Below are positions 26,134 through 38,628 of a DNA stretch of 64,000 nt, piece after piece. Position 1 is the stretch's first letter. Each line of letters begins with the position of its first letter. This DNA is from Penicillus capitatus (Eukaryota > Plantae > Chlorophyta), in the NCBI GenBank assembly GCA_965649825.1, contig OZ287703.1, forward strand, positions 1,049,722 to 1,113,721, read 5' to 3'. The position numbers and the translations under genes are program-made. Below the pieces are notes generated by a model, which was not told the DNA's origin, searched no databases, and saw nothing but the letters and a program-made list of their open reading frames with translations.

Positions 26134-27591
26134 ATGCAACCGTCTTCGTGGATCTTCGTTCAGTGCCTGTTCCTGACCGCGAACTATGCCGCCGCAACGC
26201 AGAACAGGTTTTCCGCTCCAGTTCTCTCGGTCGGTGTTCGAAGAGGACTTCCGTTTAGGATTCTCGTCAAGCCACCGCCGACCGAGGACAGGTACTACCG
26301 CACTCAGCTGAGTCTCGACGGAGGCGGTCTTCGTCTGCACATGACGAACCAAATCCTGAAACTGCTCGAAAGCCACATAAGGGAGTACTACTTACATCAC
26401 CAGGAGCTTCTTCCAGAAGAGGCAAAGGGCGTCACGTCTCCGGACCAGATCGAAGTCCAACTCGCGCATCATTTCGACCTTATCTCCGGCGTGTCTGGCG
26501 GATCATGGGTGGCGCTTTACTACGCTTCCAAAGGTGGAAACGGCGCCGCCGCAAAGGTTTTCAACAGTAAATACATCATTGACAGATACGGCCATCTCTA
26601 CCCTGGGTGCGCAACGGGACTCGACGTGTTCTTCGAAGTGTTCGGAAAGGTGATCTACCCACCGCGGGGAATCTGCTCTATTCCAAAGCCGAAGCTGAGC
26701 TTGAGAGGATTCTGTGTGGATATCCCTGGAGTTACAGTTCCTTTCTATCCGGTCCGGGGTCTGGAGGAGACATTGAAACTGTTCTACGGAGACACGAAGC
26801 TCAGCCAAATGGACACCGCTACCGCCGTCTATGCCTTTGATGTCGATCTCAGAAATCCAGTTCTCTTCGTCTACAACACGAGCCAACCGGAGCCGCACAG
26901 CGACGCCATTTTGATCCAGTCGCAGGACACTTTTTTCATTCCAGACAGAGCCCGAAGCTTCCAAACACACATAAGGAGGTCGAGGGACGAACGCTACCTG
27001 GAGGCCCGTCGACAAGACTTCTATATTCGCGACCTCGGTCGCGCCAGCAGCGCCTTGCCTGCAGTCCATGCCGCGAAGAGATTTACTGCCGTCAATAACA
27101 AGACCGCACAGTACGACTGCATCGACGGAGGGTTGGTTGCGCCAAATCCGACTCTGAATTCGTTGATGTTCATGCTGAGCATGGATACGATCAGTGAGAT
27201 CGACAGAATTGCCACTCTGTCGCTCGGTACTGGCGCCGTGGTTGGCGATTACGCGTTGAATGCAGACAGCCCCTGGCGTTGGTTGACTTCCTTAGACCTT
27301 TTCAGAGTTGTCGTCGATGGTGGCAGCCAAGTGCTGCAGGCCAATCTGCATTACATGTTTTACGATCAATTGCATGTCAGAGACAAACAGTTTCTGAGAA
27401 TTCAGCCACTCACAAACGACACCTCCAACTATGCAGAGGCTCTCAACTCAATCACAGATGTCAGTCAGCTGGATATGTTGAAGACGATTGGTGAACTGGT
27501 TGCGAGAGACTACACAGATGATCTCAACGAGTTTATTGTGAAATTCATTTTCGGAACCGAAGAGAAGGACCAGGAGATGAAGAAGGCTTGA
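26134..27591 (+). CDS. Patatin-like phospholipase with signal peptide, intact
   Basis: Signal peptide MQPSSWIFVQCLFLTANYAAA; probable in-frame intron 26208-26258; DGGGLR, G-V-S-G-G nucleophile elbow and DGG catalytic Asp motif. Confidence 0.9.
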   Translation: MQPSSWIFVQCLFLTANYAAATQNRFSAPVLSVGVRRGLPFRILVKPPPTEDRYYRTQLSLDGGGLRLHMTNQILKLLESHIREYYLHHQELLPEEAKGVTSPDQIEVQLAHHFDLISGVSGGSWVALYYASKGGNGAAAKVFNSKYIIDRYGHLYPGCATGLDVFFEVFGKVIYPPRGICSIPKPKLSLRGFCVDIPGVTVPFYPVRGLEETLKLFYGDTKLSQMDTATAVYAFDVDLRNPVLFVYNTSQPEPHSDAILIQSQDTFFIPDRARSFQTHIRRSRDERYLEARRQDFYIRDLGRASSALPAVHAAKRFTAVNNKTAQYDCIDGGLVAPNPTLNSLMFMLSMDTISEIDRIATLSLGTGAVVGDYALNADSPWRWLTSLDLFRVVVDGGSQVLQANLHYMFYDQLHVRDKQFLRIQPLTNDTSNYAEALNSITDVSQLDMLKTIGELVARDYTDDLNEFIVKFIFGTEEKDQEMKKA

Positions 27592-28195
27592 GTCTTTCTT
27601 CATTCCTTGATGGAAGGAATCCATCGTGCACACAAACGGAAGGCACAGATATCTTGTGCTTGAATTTATCATTCGGGGGAGTTCACATTGGAAAACTGAC
27701 AAGGGTTTTAAGGGAGTCATCCGTTATAGAGCACAAGCAGACTGAGTCTTCACGCGCCGTCGGATGATCTACTACTCTATGGGTCTCCGGTCGCGACAGG
27801 TGGTTTTTTCTTAGCTCGCATCTCAGGATACATGGGACACCGGAACCGTCAGTAGTAGGGACGTCCTTTTTCAAGAAGTATTCACTGAAAAAGGGTTCCG
27901 AGATGGTCACCTGTGTCTCCTGCCTTACGAATAGACCCGTCACTGTGCACATCTGGCTGTGAGCTATCGAGTTCTAAACATGAGTTCGACAGAATCGCAA
28001 TTCCCGTGTCAATTGTACTGCTGCGAGCATCCGTTCTCGGCATCTGAAGATTTATCTGCGCATCTGAAATGACGTCGACGGATAGTGAACATCCGACCGC
28101 AAGATCTCCTGTCTCAATCGTCCGTTCTCGTGTGTTTGCTGCGGGGTTACGCGTTTGTCGCGCTAGATTTGTTCAACCTCCTGAGAGTCTGTCTA

Positions 28196-29051
28196 ATGAT
28201 TCAAAAATCTTCGACTTACCTCCCGTTCGACGGCACCTGCAAATGCAGTCGCAACGGGGACACCACACTGATATTCGACGACGGCACTTCCTTAAAAACG
28301 CATTCCGCTCTGTTGATAATAGCCTCTTCTGTTTTCGATTCGATGCTGACGGACTGTACAAAGACAAAGGAAGTGAGGCTCGGAAAAACATCTCGCGAGA
28401 CGTGGGTCCACATCCTGAACTATCTTCATCCGGCCGCTTCCCTCGTTTTTGCACCCTTCAGTCCCGCTGATAATATCACACAACTGGTGAGTTCCTCGTT
28501 CTTTCGAAGACTGAAAGTTATGTGTGGTACCTAGACGGATCTTTTGGAACAGGCAAGGAAGTTCTCTCTGGCGTCGTTGTTAACCGTTCTAGACGATGTT
28601 CTGTGTACGAACCTTCCGACAGAACTGACATACACCCCTGTGCAAGAAAAGTCCACGAAATCCAATGGTTTAAAGCACCATCATATCTATAACGTTATAC
28701 TGCGATTTGAGTTGGAATTGCCGCGGGCCAGTGCAAAAGTCAATGCGAATCTCGTCAAGTATTTGAAGGATTTGCAGAGTCAGAGCTCCAACCAATGCAG
28801 CAATTGCAATAGAACATGCACCTCTCAAGGATACTGCAGCTATTGTTGCGGTACGTACAACCAATACGGTATTCCATCGTCCTCTCGACGAGTAAGATGA
28901 CCTAAAATCACTCTGTTCTTACAATGTCCTATCTTAGAATCAGGCTACTACTGCTCAGGACCGGAAAAAATTTGCAGCGAACATCGTTAAAGACGGAAGT
29001 CATGACTTCTATAAGAAGCTCGTTGACGATTTGATCAACAACGTCTTGTGA
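28196..29051 (+). CDS. BTB/POZ paralogue 3 (3 exons, intact) with Cys-rich insert
   Basis: Introns 28487-28534 and ~28891-28937; CSNCNRTCTSQGYCSYCCG insert; ends DDLINNVL*. Confidence 0.88.
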
Positions 29052-29789
29052 TGTTGAACCCTACGCCGGATATGTCTTACCATTGCATCCCAGTCTGCAT
29101 CAATTTTTTGAGACATTGAGAATTTTGGAGTCTAAGCTGAGTTCTGATGTGCCAGTTTTTTGTCGGATTGTGAAAGCACACAATTACGTTGCTGGAATGA
29201 TAAATCTGGTAGTGTGGGTGGATGTTTCGAAATGAAATTTTTGATGTCCATCGCCGTTACGTACGTATCTTCAGATCTCGCTAACTAATTCCCTGACATC
29301 CCAAAGCAGAGGATTCGTCTATGAGAAGAGTGGACCATAGAAAAGGTTCCTCGATCATCTCGATCGGTGCAGAACTTCAATCTAGAGTGGTGTTAGATTT
29401 GATCCTGGAATCCATATAATGAATGTGCAGCTGTCCAAATAACGGCACATCGTTATTCTACATGCACAAGCAGGTCAGTGAGGAAGCCCTGGTGTATGAA
29501 GTAGATGAGAAGTACCGTGGATAAACCACAGATCTCAACTCCACTAATGATAGTAAGGTTGCTAATCAATAAAGTGGCATTCCTGGATCCGTCGGAAAAC
29601 GATATCTTTATCAATGAGTTCCAGCTGTTTTGTACCCCAAGATTCGATAGTTGACAACAAGATCGGTTATTCCCCTCGAAAACTGGATGGCTCACAGATT
29701 TCGAAATGTCAAGGACATCGACTACACGTAGGCTGTAGTATGTACTACTATCGAGACTCGAAACAGTGCCCATCGATCTCAAGCACAAC

Positions 29790-30260
29790 AACGTAACTAC
29801 TGAGACATAAGTTAAGATAGCATCACTTGCAGTTCATCAACGGGCTTTGCTTTAAACGTTGGATGTCCTGGGCAGTTTTGATTTGGCAGAACTGACAGAA
29901 GGTAACCGTATATAATGACGTGCATGCAGAGGAGAAACCTTCATTACTGTCAGGATAAGAAAGAGCAAACCTAAGGCACCAAAAAACAATGCAGACGGCC
30001 ATACGAGTCAACTTCAAGAACAAAAGACATACCAGTCTTTTTCGATCTTACTTTCTGGAAAATGGACCACCGCCAAACGCCAGGAACAACTAAGTATCTA
30101 GCCCCTTTCAGCAGCTACTATTGTGACGTCTGATCCGAAGGCAATTCGCTGCGTGAAAAGGCAGACTGCTAGCTCCAAAGAAGCGCGACTCGAAACTGGG
30201 ATGTCTGCTTTTGTAGAATGTCCATTTGGGGCTGAACGATCGTCGAAGGACAGATGATTC
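29790..30260 (-). pseudogene. Decayed copy of the 3' (membrane-domain) exons of the CBM20 gene at 41644-42150
   Basis: Colinear shared blocks ctgggcagttttgat, gcagacggcca and ttcaagaacaa; frames broken. Confidence 0.6.
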
Positions 30261-31148
30261 CGAATTGGTTTACGTGAAGACTGACAGCAATAGCTCTCCT
30301 CGGCAGATGATCCTATATGGGTCATGCTGAAGCATTCTCACTATTTAATGGAAACCCATATCATTTCATGCATACACAGCCTTATACTTCGATTCTAGTT
30401 AAGGTTCATTAGAGCATTCGATGGCATTCACGTACATTTTGTCAAGATTCTCCAGATCTGCCCTTATCGACGTTCGAGTGAGTTCAAAAGGGGATCTCCA
30501 AAATAACAGCCTGTCGAGAAGTGAATGTCAGCAAGAGTAAGTGCAGTTTTTAGGGAATGGTAGATCATATAAAAGCCTGCTTTTTACAGCGTTTGTGTGA
30601 GACAGCAGACATTATTGTGTTGCCGTTGTCCAGAGATCAAACAACCTGCTGCATAAGACAATCTGAAACAAAGAAACAAACAATCATGTTATCGAATCGA
30701 GTGTGCAATCATTAGTCACCGGTCAAATCTAGACGTGTTAGGGTGACAGCAGCGGGATCAACAAGATGTCAATGCTAATACAAGACCTGCAGAAGGTATG
30801 AAGCTTTTGTCTAATTACCGCTTTCTACACCCAAACATGGACGGTTAATGAAACCGGCGCACTTCGAACGGATTAGTGACGATTGAGCTGCTGCGACACG
30901 CTGTCGTTGTCAGTTGATGCGATTGATAAGTTGATTGGGGACTTCGAACTTCATTGTTGAAATTCGCGGAATACCATACCGTCCTGGTCTCGAGTGTTCC
31001 TTCAGAGACGGAAAAGGTGAAGACGAAGAACAATAAAAACTCCGGTAACGTTTCATTGAGCACTTTCAACTTGGGACACTGTCGAAAAGTGTCTCTTGTC
31101 ATACGCCGACGACATTCTCAGCAAATATTTTCATTTAGGTCGCACGTG

Positions 31149-31914
31149 ATGATGCACAACAGCCGCACACTGACTCAGTTCCCTTTCGATGGCAAGTGCG
31201 AATGTAGCCGCGGTGGCGACATCAGGCTGATTTTCGGCAGTGGCTTGTCTGTAACGACGCACTCCACGTTGCTGAAAATGGCCTCTCCGATTTTCGATTC
31301 GATGCTCACGAATCGAGCGGAAATGAAAACAGTTGCAATGGAGAATACGTCGCACAAAACATGGGTGCAAATCCTAAACTATCTCCATCCCGCTGGTTCA
31401 TTTTCGTTTTCCGGCTTCGATCCGTTGCAACACATGAATAATCTTGTGAGTTGCTTTCCTATTAAACAACCTCTAGAGCCTGCTTGTAATGTAGACCGAG
31501 TTCCTGGAACAGGCAAGAAAGTTCGAGCTGAGATCGTTTGTTGCCTTTTTGGACGAAATGATCTCGTCCAAAGTTCCGGAAGAGATGTACAACGCCACAG
31601 TCTTCAATCATGTAAATCAGTTCTTCGATGTCCAAAGCATCGAAGAGCCGCGTATTCGTCTATACAGCATTGTCCTTCAGTTTGAACTCGAGTTGCCCCA
31701 GAGCACTGAACGAGTCCGCAAGCACCTTGTTAGATATCTCAAGTTCTTTAACAAATCAGGAACTATTTACACAGATTTATGCACCGATTATAGGCTTGGC
31801 GCGCGACACAATCCTTGTCCTCGGAAAGAAGCCATAACAGTTACGCTGAAGAACGCCAGTTTTGAGTTTTACAAAAAGTTGATGGAAGAAATAATCGGCG
31901 TATGTCTCACATAA
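31149..31914 (+). CDS. BTB/POZ paralogue 4 (2 exons, intact)
   Basis: QFPFDGKCECSRGGD..THSTLLKMASPIFDSML; intron 31446-31494; ends EEIIGVCLT*. Confidence 0.88.
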
Positions 31915-32521
31915 TACTGTTCGTGTTTTTGTTGTGTCTTGATTATTTCGTAACCCTTGTGTTTATTAAGAGGACAAATCTTGCATCTAAAGACAATCCT
32001 GGATGTTTAACAAATCATCCTTACATTTATAACGTCGATAAACTTGCACGGTGGACCAAAAGAATTGAACGACGAAGCTGACTGCGATGCATCATTGAGT
32101 GACAATGACGTTAGCGAGACCCTGTTAAGGATGGTGACGTTTTGCATCAATCTCACCCCCTTTTGTAACCGTTCGATACGCTATAAACGCGTCGAGGAAG
32201 GGAAAAGCAAAAAATCGGTTTACAAAAAGAACTAAAGAGTTTGCATAAACCAAGTAACAAGCAGACTAGGAGGCGTCAAAACGTGCGCAGATACGACACA
32301 ACAAACACAGAAAAATCGATAAGATGCTAAAAAACCCCAATAGACAGAGAGTAAACTCCTAGGGCTGTCTGGAGAACGATGAAGTCTTCCAGAGCTTGAA
32401 ACGGAACTTCCTCACGAGCTTCTGCGTAACCGAAGGTCCTCAAGTGCTCTGCCACAAGTTTCCCTCCGTGGTTAGTTGACTCTCTGTTTTTTTATTTTAG
32501 ATCGTCGAGTCCCTGGCTCAG

Positions 32522-33870
32522 TTGTCTTTTCAAAGTATTGTCATGATGATGAAGAGCAGGAGAAAACGATTCGGGAGACGTCACTTTTGGGATCTTGTAA
32601 ATAACTATCGAAAACACGGAGTCGGGAGACGCGCTAACGACGACGCAAATGAACGGTCAAGTGATAGCACGGGAATACGAGAATGTTTACAACAGGAATG
32701 TCAACCTTGAATACCCACGGTGGTTGTGAGTTCCCTAACCATACTAGTCAACCATCGAGAACTCCAACGCTTGTTCGACAACCATCGCCCTATTGTTATG
32801 AGGAAGTTGGCTGGGAGGCTAGCACCCGTCCCGTCTAATGGTCAGAGCGCCGAGGCGTTTACCATGAAATCGAACCGCTTCCAACGGCTACAACGGATTG
32901 GGCACTACATTTCCAACAGTCACATCCTCGCTAGAGATGTCACTGCCACATCAAAAAATTGAGGATGATGGATCTACTGTGTAGTCATGCTTTTGTGTGA
33001 AAGTCACATCATCTGCCTCGATTCTGAAGGGTTCTGTTCTTGAAGAGGCGCTTAACGTCTTGTCAGGGACTCAACAGATCTGTGAGGTCTTGTCACATCC
33101 TACGTGTAAAAGAGCGCATTCTGTGTAGAAAGAACCTTGCTGTGTAAAGCTGAAAAACCTCCCGCTTTACAATCTCTTTAACGCAGCGCCTCCGCGTGAC
33201 ATGTGTCAATTGACTAAGGATCTTTTGGCGTCCACGTTCGTTGAGTGCGCGACAAGGGACATGACGACGACATGACGTTAAACATGACGTCATGCGGCAT
33301 TATAAAAGGAAGGTTTGAAGAACAATCATCGTATCTTGTAAAAGGCTTGTTTTGTTTCGGCGTTTACGTCTTAGCACATATCAAAATGGTTTCGGAGCTA
33401 CGAATCTCGAAGATGGACCGTGATGAGTTAACGTCCCTCAAATCCGCAGCTCTCGTAGAAGACGATTACCGCCCTAATGTCAAGTACATGGTATAAAGAC
33501 TAGAGCCTAGGTCCCCGGCATTTGACCTATTAAGACAAGTGATTGAAAGAGTCGAACCACACTTCAGTTCGCAAGCTGCTTTTAAAGCGACTTTCTCTGG
33601 ACCCTTGGCTACAATGTACGCCTTTCACGGTGCCGAAGATGGAAGAAAAGTGGCGCGTCGTATAAGAGCTCGTGGTGGGTTCATGTTCCACGCTTATTTT
33701 ATCGGCGGAGGAACCATTAGGCAGAATGGCAAGGACGAAGGGTGAAACGTGATTGGACTTTGTGGACCGATAACGCGCCACGTTTATGACAACGACAGCA
33801 TCAAGGGAAACACAAGAGAAAACGCTGTACACAAAGATGCCAGCCAGCCTCCTGAAGCTGATGCCCCCTG
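32522..33870 (+). pseudogene. Decayed, apparently intronless coding-like stretch of unknown origin
   Basis: ORFs 32522-32710, 32720-32962, 33245-33496 and 33539-33745 share one frame, separated by single stops or a frameshifted segment. Confidence 0.3.
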
Positions 33871-34527
33871 CCATCAATAACCACCGTAGGGGACATGAGC
33901 ACAGTTCTCAGGAATGCAATCGTTTGCCAGGTTTAAAATATGCAGATTCATTCCTTTGAGATTGATACCCGCGAACCGGTTCTCTTTGCCTATCGAGAAG
34001 AACAAAAACGGTTCGCTCCGATGTAGTGTCAATCAAGCAAAAGTCAGAGGCCGGCGAATTAAACTTCGAAAATGGGATATGCAAGAACGCAAGCAAACAC
34101 TTGTTTAGTGAAACATATCATGCTTTGGTAGTTGTGCCTCAAATCGACACTCTTGTGAAGCCCAATGTGACGAATTAACGCTGCCGATTAAGCCATACCT
34201 TTGGCTACTGAGTCGATATTCTTAAACTGATCGATACGTGTTAATCAGACGACGGTGCTTTGGTCAAATTCTAGTTTAATCTTACGATCACTTGTGTGCA
34301 AAACACGAATAACCTTGGATGGCCTCAAATGATTGGCTGATGTTCGTTTCCACCAATCGGGTTTTTAGATTGTGGGAGTTACGTACGTCACTCTTTAAGT
34401 TTTCGTTCCTTTTTTGGATGGCCGATAAGATCAAACATTCGATAGATTTAAGAAGTTTATTTCTTAGTTTTTAGGCTTTTGCTAATCAAAAGATCGTCTG
34501 TTTATTAAAATGGTCTTTTTTACGTAC

Positions 34528-34557
34528 AACAACGAAGTTGTTCGAAGAGCTCTTCGA
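34528..34557. other. Adjacent hairpin (AACAAC-GAA-GTTGTT) and perfect 16-bp palindrome TCGAAGAGCTCTTCGA
   Basis: Read directly from the sequence, in an AT-rich non-coding tract. Confidence 0.8.
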
Positions 34558-35215
34558 GGGTGTCGTAGGTCGACCTTTAAAAGCTTTACTGGGTTTGGTC
34601 AAGTCGCGGCCTAAACGCTCACAATACCAACAGGTTTAGCTTGGTGAACGTAAGCCGGCATTTGAGTAAGTAAGGTGGTCGTTTGGAAATGGAAGATATT
34701 GTTTTGCGGACACGGACGATATTTTGCTTCCTAAACCATAGACGTGTCAGCGAAACGCTTAACTGCTTAACCTGCTTGCCAAAAGCATTTCTTCTCAATC
34801 TTCTGGCTGATTATCGACTAGATTACTGGCGAACATATGTCTGCCGTAATGACCAAGTAGTCATAAATAGAACGCTTGTTGCGATAAGAGACATCTTAAG
34901 CAATAAGAAAGTGCTGCTTAGACTCCGTTGCCGAAAGAGTTTGCTATGGTAAGTGTGATCCAAAGCATTGGACATGAGGTTTCAGTTGCCCGTTTTGCAG
35001 CCATCTGTATGGTTAGCTCAGAGAAGGTTTCGTTTGTTTGTTTATACCATCACTGGGAGATACGAATATTAGTCTTATCGAATCGCATACTGATTGACAT
35101 GAACTGCGGAGGTACGCTCCTTCTCGCATGGAGACAATAAATGAACCAAACAACTATGAACCTAAGGCCTTATCTCGTTCTCTAGTCGACGCTGGCTTTT
35201 TGATTCTAACTTTTT

Positions 35216-35880
35216 TTACCAAATGTAGAAGAAGATACTTTCAGTTAACTTGATATACGCTTTAGTGTCAAATAACTGTAGAAAAAGATCTAAAAGGAAA
35301 GCGTGACATGACTGCCCTGTTGTCCACACAAAGGCCCTGTGAGACGTTCGAGGGTTTCGGAATTCTCTGCGTAGTGAAAAGATTCTTAGGAGTTCCTTTG
35401 CGTCTGTCGTTTGTCCAGGAAGAAAGGCGCTTTTTGAAACAGAAGAGGAGATTGACTGTTCCACAAGGAGAATGGCGAAGCACTGCTGACCCGGAAACGT
35501 ATTCGACAGACTTCGCCGTTTCTCGTTTGTATTCACCACGCACTTTTGAATGCCTTGGAAATCAGTCGCACGTCCGCACTCCCGAACTCTGAACAAACCT
35601 ACAAAGATTCCGTCGTCACGGCATATCTACTCGGATCTTTCAGTATTATCAGATACTGCACAGTCTGCATTTTCAAGCGGTCACGATCTTTCAGTTTTGA
35701 AGGATGACCGACACGAGATTGTCGAACTGTACGCATGTCTTGTCAAGCGGACGCACCTCGACGTCCAGATACGATTTGGGCAGGATAATGGAACGGTGCG
35801 TAAACCTTCAATGAAGAACCGCATCTACACATTACTCTGTGGGAAGACTTTTTCTATTACGAAGTCGACGTTCTGATTGT
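35216..35880 (-). pseudogene. Second, internally deleted copy of the unidentified gene at 2660-3760
   Basis: Colinear with ~2740-3640; ~240 bp missing at ~35418. Confidence 0.6.
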
Positions 35881-35934
35881 CCTGGCCGTGCAATGGCTAA
35901 CGTTAACGTCTCTTCTGCGGCGAACTCTTCGCCA

Positions 35935-36047
35935 CCGTCATGTTTTTCGTTCGACGGGACCTGCGAGTGCATCCGTGGTGGCGATTCATAATTACGATTG
36001 ACTGTAACTCGTCCGTAAAACCGTACTCCGCCTTGCCGAAGATGGCT
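35935..36047 (+). pseudogene. BTB-family 5' remnant
   Basis: FDGTCECIRGGD..ITIDCNSSVKPYSALPKMA matches FDGxCxCSRGGD..TFEDRSSLKTHSAVLKMA. Confidence 0.7.
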
Positions 36048-36067
36048 ATCATGTCTGTGATTCGATA

Positions 36068-37130
36068 TCTGCGCACGACGAACCAAATTCTGAAACTGCT
36101 CGAATGGCTCCTAAAGAAATACTTTCTTCACACAGAGCTTCTCCCAGAAAACGCCAGAGACGTTGCGTCTCCGGATCAGATTGAAGTCCAGCTCGCGAAT
36201 CACTTTGATCTTGCCCTCCCTGCGAATCTGCTGGATCATGGCCGACACTTTACGACGCTTCCAACGTTGGAAACGGCGCCGCCGCAAAGGTTTTCGACTG
36301 TGAATACATCATTCGCAGATACGGCCATTTCTACACTGGATGCGAAAAAGGAATCGACGTCTTCTTCTTAGTGTCCAGGAAAAAGATCTATCCGTCGGGA
36401 GCGCTGCATTATTTCAAGAGCAAAGTTGAGCATGAGAGGATGCTGTGTGGTAGCTGACGCTGCTGCAGCGAGGACACGTGATTTTTCAGTCTGCGGTTTG
36501 GAGAAGACTTTGAAACTGTTCTATGGAGATACGAAGTTCAGTAAATTGAACGCAGCTTCCGCCGCCTATGCATTCGACGTCGATCTCAGAAATCCAATTC
36601 TTCGGCTACAACAAATTCGAGAAATACAGCGCTGCGGAAGTCATTCAGTCGCGCAACATTTTTTTCTTCCAGGCGAATGCCAAAAACCTCAACAGTCGGT
36701 AGAAAGGTCGAAACAGCGTCACCTGGATATCCGTCAAGAAGAAGACTTCTACATTCGCGAATTCGGTCAAGCCGACATCGTGTTTCCTGGAATTCATGTC
36801 GCGAAGACGTTTAATGCCGTCAACAAGAAAACCGCAAAGAACGACTGCGTTGACGGAGCGTTTGTAGGACCAAATCCGACACTGAATTCCTTGAGCTTCA
36901 TCCTAAAAGCTGAAACAAAGGACCGACACATGAAAGACAGGGACGAGGATTGACGTAGTTCATAGAGTTGCTACTCTTTCGCTCGGTTCTGGAGCCGTGA
37001 TTGGCAACTTCTTTCTTAGATGCGAAAAACGACTGGCGTTGGTTGACCAGAGGTGGGTGCTTTCATGAGAGTTATCATCGATGGTGACAGCGAAGTACTG
37101 CACGTCAACCTTGGATGACGTTGACAGACA
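36068..37130 (+). pseudogene. Frameshifted patatin copy 3
   Basis: LRTTNQILKLLE..DQIEVQLANHFDL, LEKTLKLFYGDTK, CVDGAFVGPNPTLNS, VATLSLGSGAVIG; several frameshifts, N-terminus missing. Confidence 0.85.
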
Positions 37131-37238
37131 ACAAGATTTTCCGCCTATAGGACTCATCACCAAGCTTTGCCTTTGCGCAGTTACAGTTGGCTGTGCGTTC
37201 TTTTCGACGGTTCGTTCACTTCTTCTAAAAGATTCTCG

Positions 37239-37997
37239 ATGAATTGCAACTGTCCAGTCTATTTTCCTTTTGACAGCAGTTGCACACTCAGCCGCGGCGG
37301 CGACACGACACTCGTGTTTGATGACGGCACCTTGTTGAAAACACACGCCGCTTTACTGAAGATAGCCTCTCCTATCTTCAACTCGATGCTGGCGGACTGC
37401 ACACAGACGAAATCGATTACATTGAAGAATACCTCTCGCGAGACGTGGGTACATATTTTGAACCATTTCCATCCAGCGGCGTTACTCGTTTTCACAACCT
37501 TTGATCCCGTTGGAACTATTGATCAGCTGGTAAGGAAATGTCTCTCGAATGGTTTGAAATGACGCATGTTATTCAGGCTGATCTTCTAGAACAGGCAAGA
37601 AAGTTCTCTCTGGAATCGTTGTTTGTTTTTATGGATCGCGCGATGTCTTCGAATTTTCCGTCGCAGATAACTTCTCATCTCGAAAACCCACGCATCCGTC
37701 TCCACAATCTTGTTCTCCGTTTTGAGTGCGATTTGCCAATGACGAGAGAAAAAGTCAAGACTAATGTTGTTGAGTGCTTGAAGAATGCTGGTCGAAAGTG
37801 CGCCTACTGTGGAAAATCACGCAACCAGGTTTCAACTTATCAAGTGAGGAATTTCAACATTCTGTCTTTTTCAAGGCGTCTTGTTTCATCGTTAGTCTAC
37901 TCAGACCCTAAAGAGACTTGCGCTGGAGAGCGTCGAAGACGGCAGTCACGATTTCTACAAAGATCTCGTTAAGGATCTGATCAACATTGTATTATAA
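37239..37997 (+). CDS. BTB/POZ paralogue 5 (3 exons, intact)
   Basis: VYFPFDSSCTLSRGGD..LKTHAALLKIASPIFNSML; intron 37530-37576 and a 52-nt second intron; ends DLINIVL*. Confidence 0.85.
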
Positions 37998-38628
37998 CCA
38001 TGTACATCTTTGGAACCTGTTGCCAACACTTCTCAAGACTTGCACTTTGCAAGAGTCTTTAGAGCATTTGGGTGTCAATAACATATCGTCCTGCCTGATA
38101 TATAAGACGTCTTCTTGCTGAATTGTGTCAGGACACAATCTCCACCGTCGAAACGATGAGTTCGGTGCTGCTGCTGTGTTTCGAGAATCTGGATTTCTAA
38201 TATGCATCATTGGCAGGCAATAGTAGGCGTTTACTACGACAAATTCTCACGAGCTACTCGATCGTGACTTCGAAAGGAAAAGTATTGGCTTATAGAGAGA
38301 GAGCGAACAACAGAGATCTTAGCTCTCAGCCTTTGATCACTTGAATACCTGTAAGCTTCAACATCGAGTAGCATCGATGCGCCTAGCATAACTGCCCGTG
38401 CAGAATTTAGCAAACAAAGGAGTAAGACACGCCACTGTCGTGTGTCATGCAACGGGGATTGTAAATCTGACAAGACAAGACAGACGAGACAGAACAAAGA
38501 ATGGCGTTACTGACGGCAAACTACACCTGAAGGTTTGCGTCATTTCGCGCGAACTTCCCGTACACGTCAGCTTGTTAGCCTCTGCTATTTCCTGACGACG
38601 TTCGTCTCAACGCGGAGATCGAGACACT

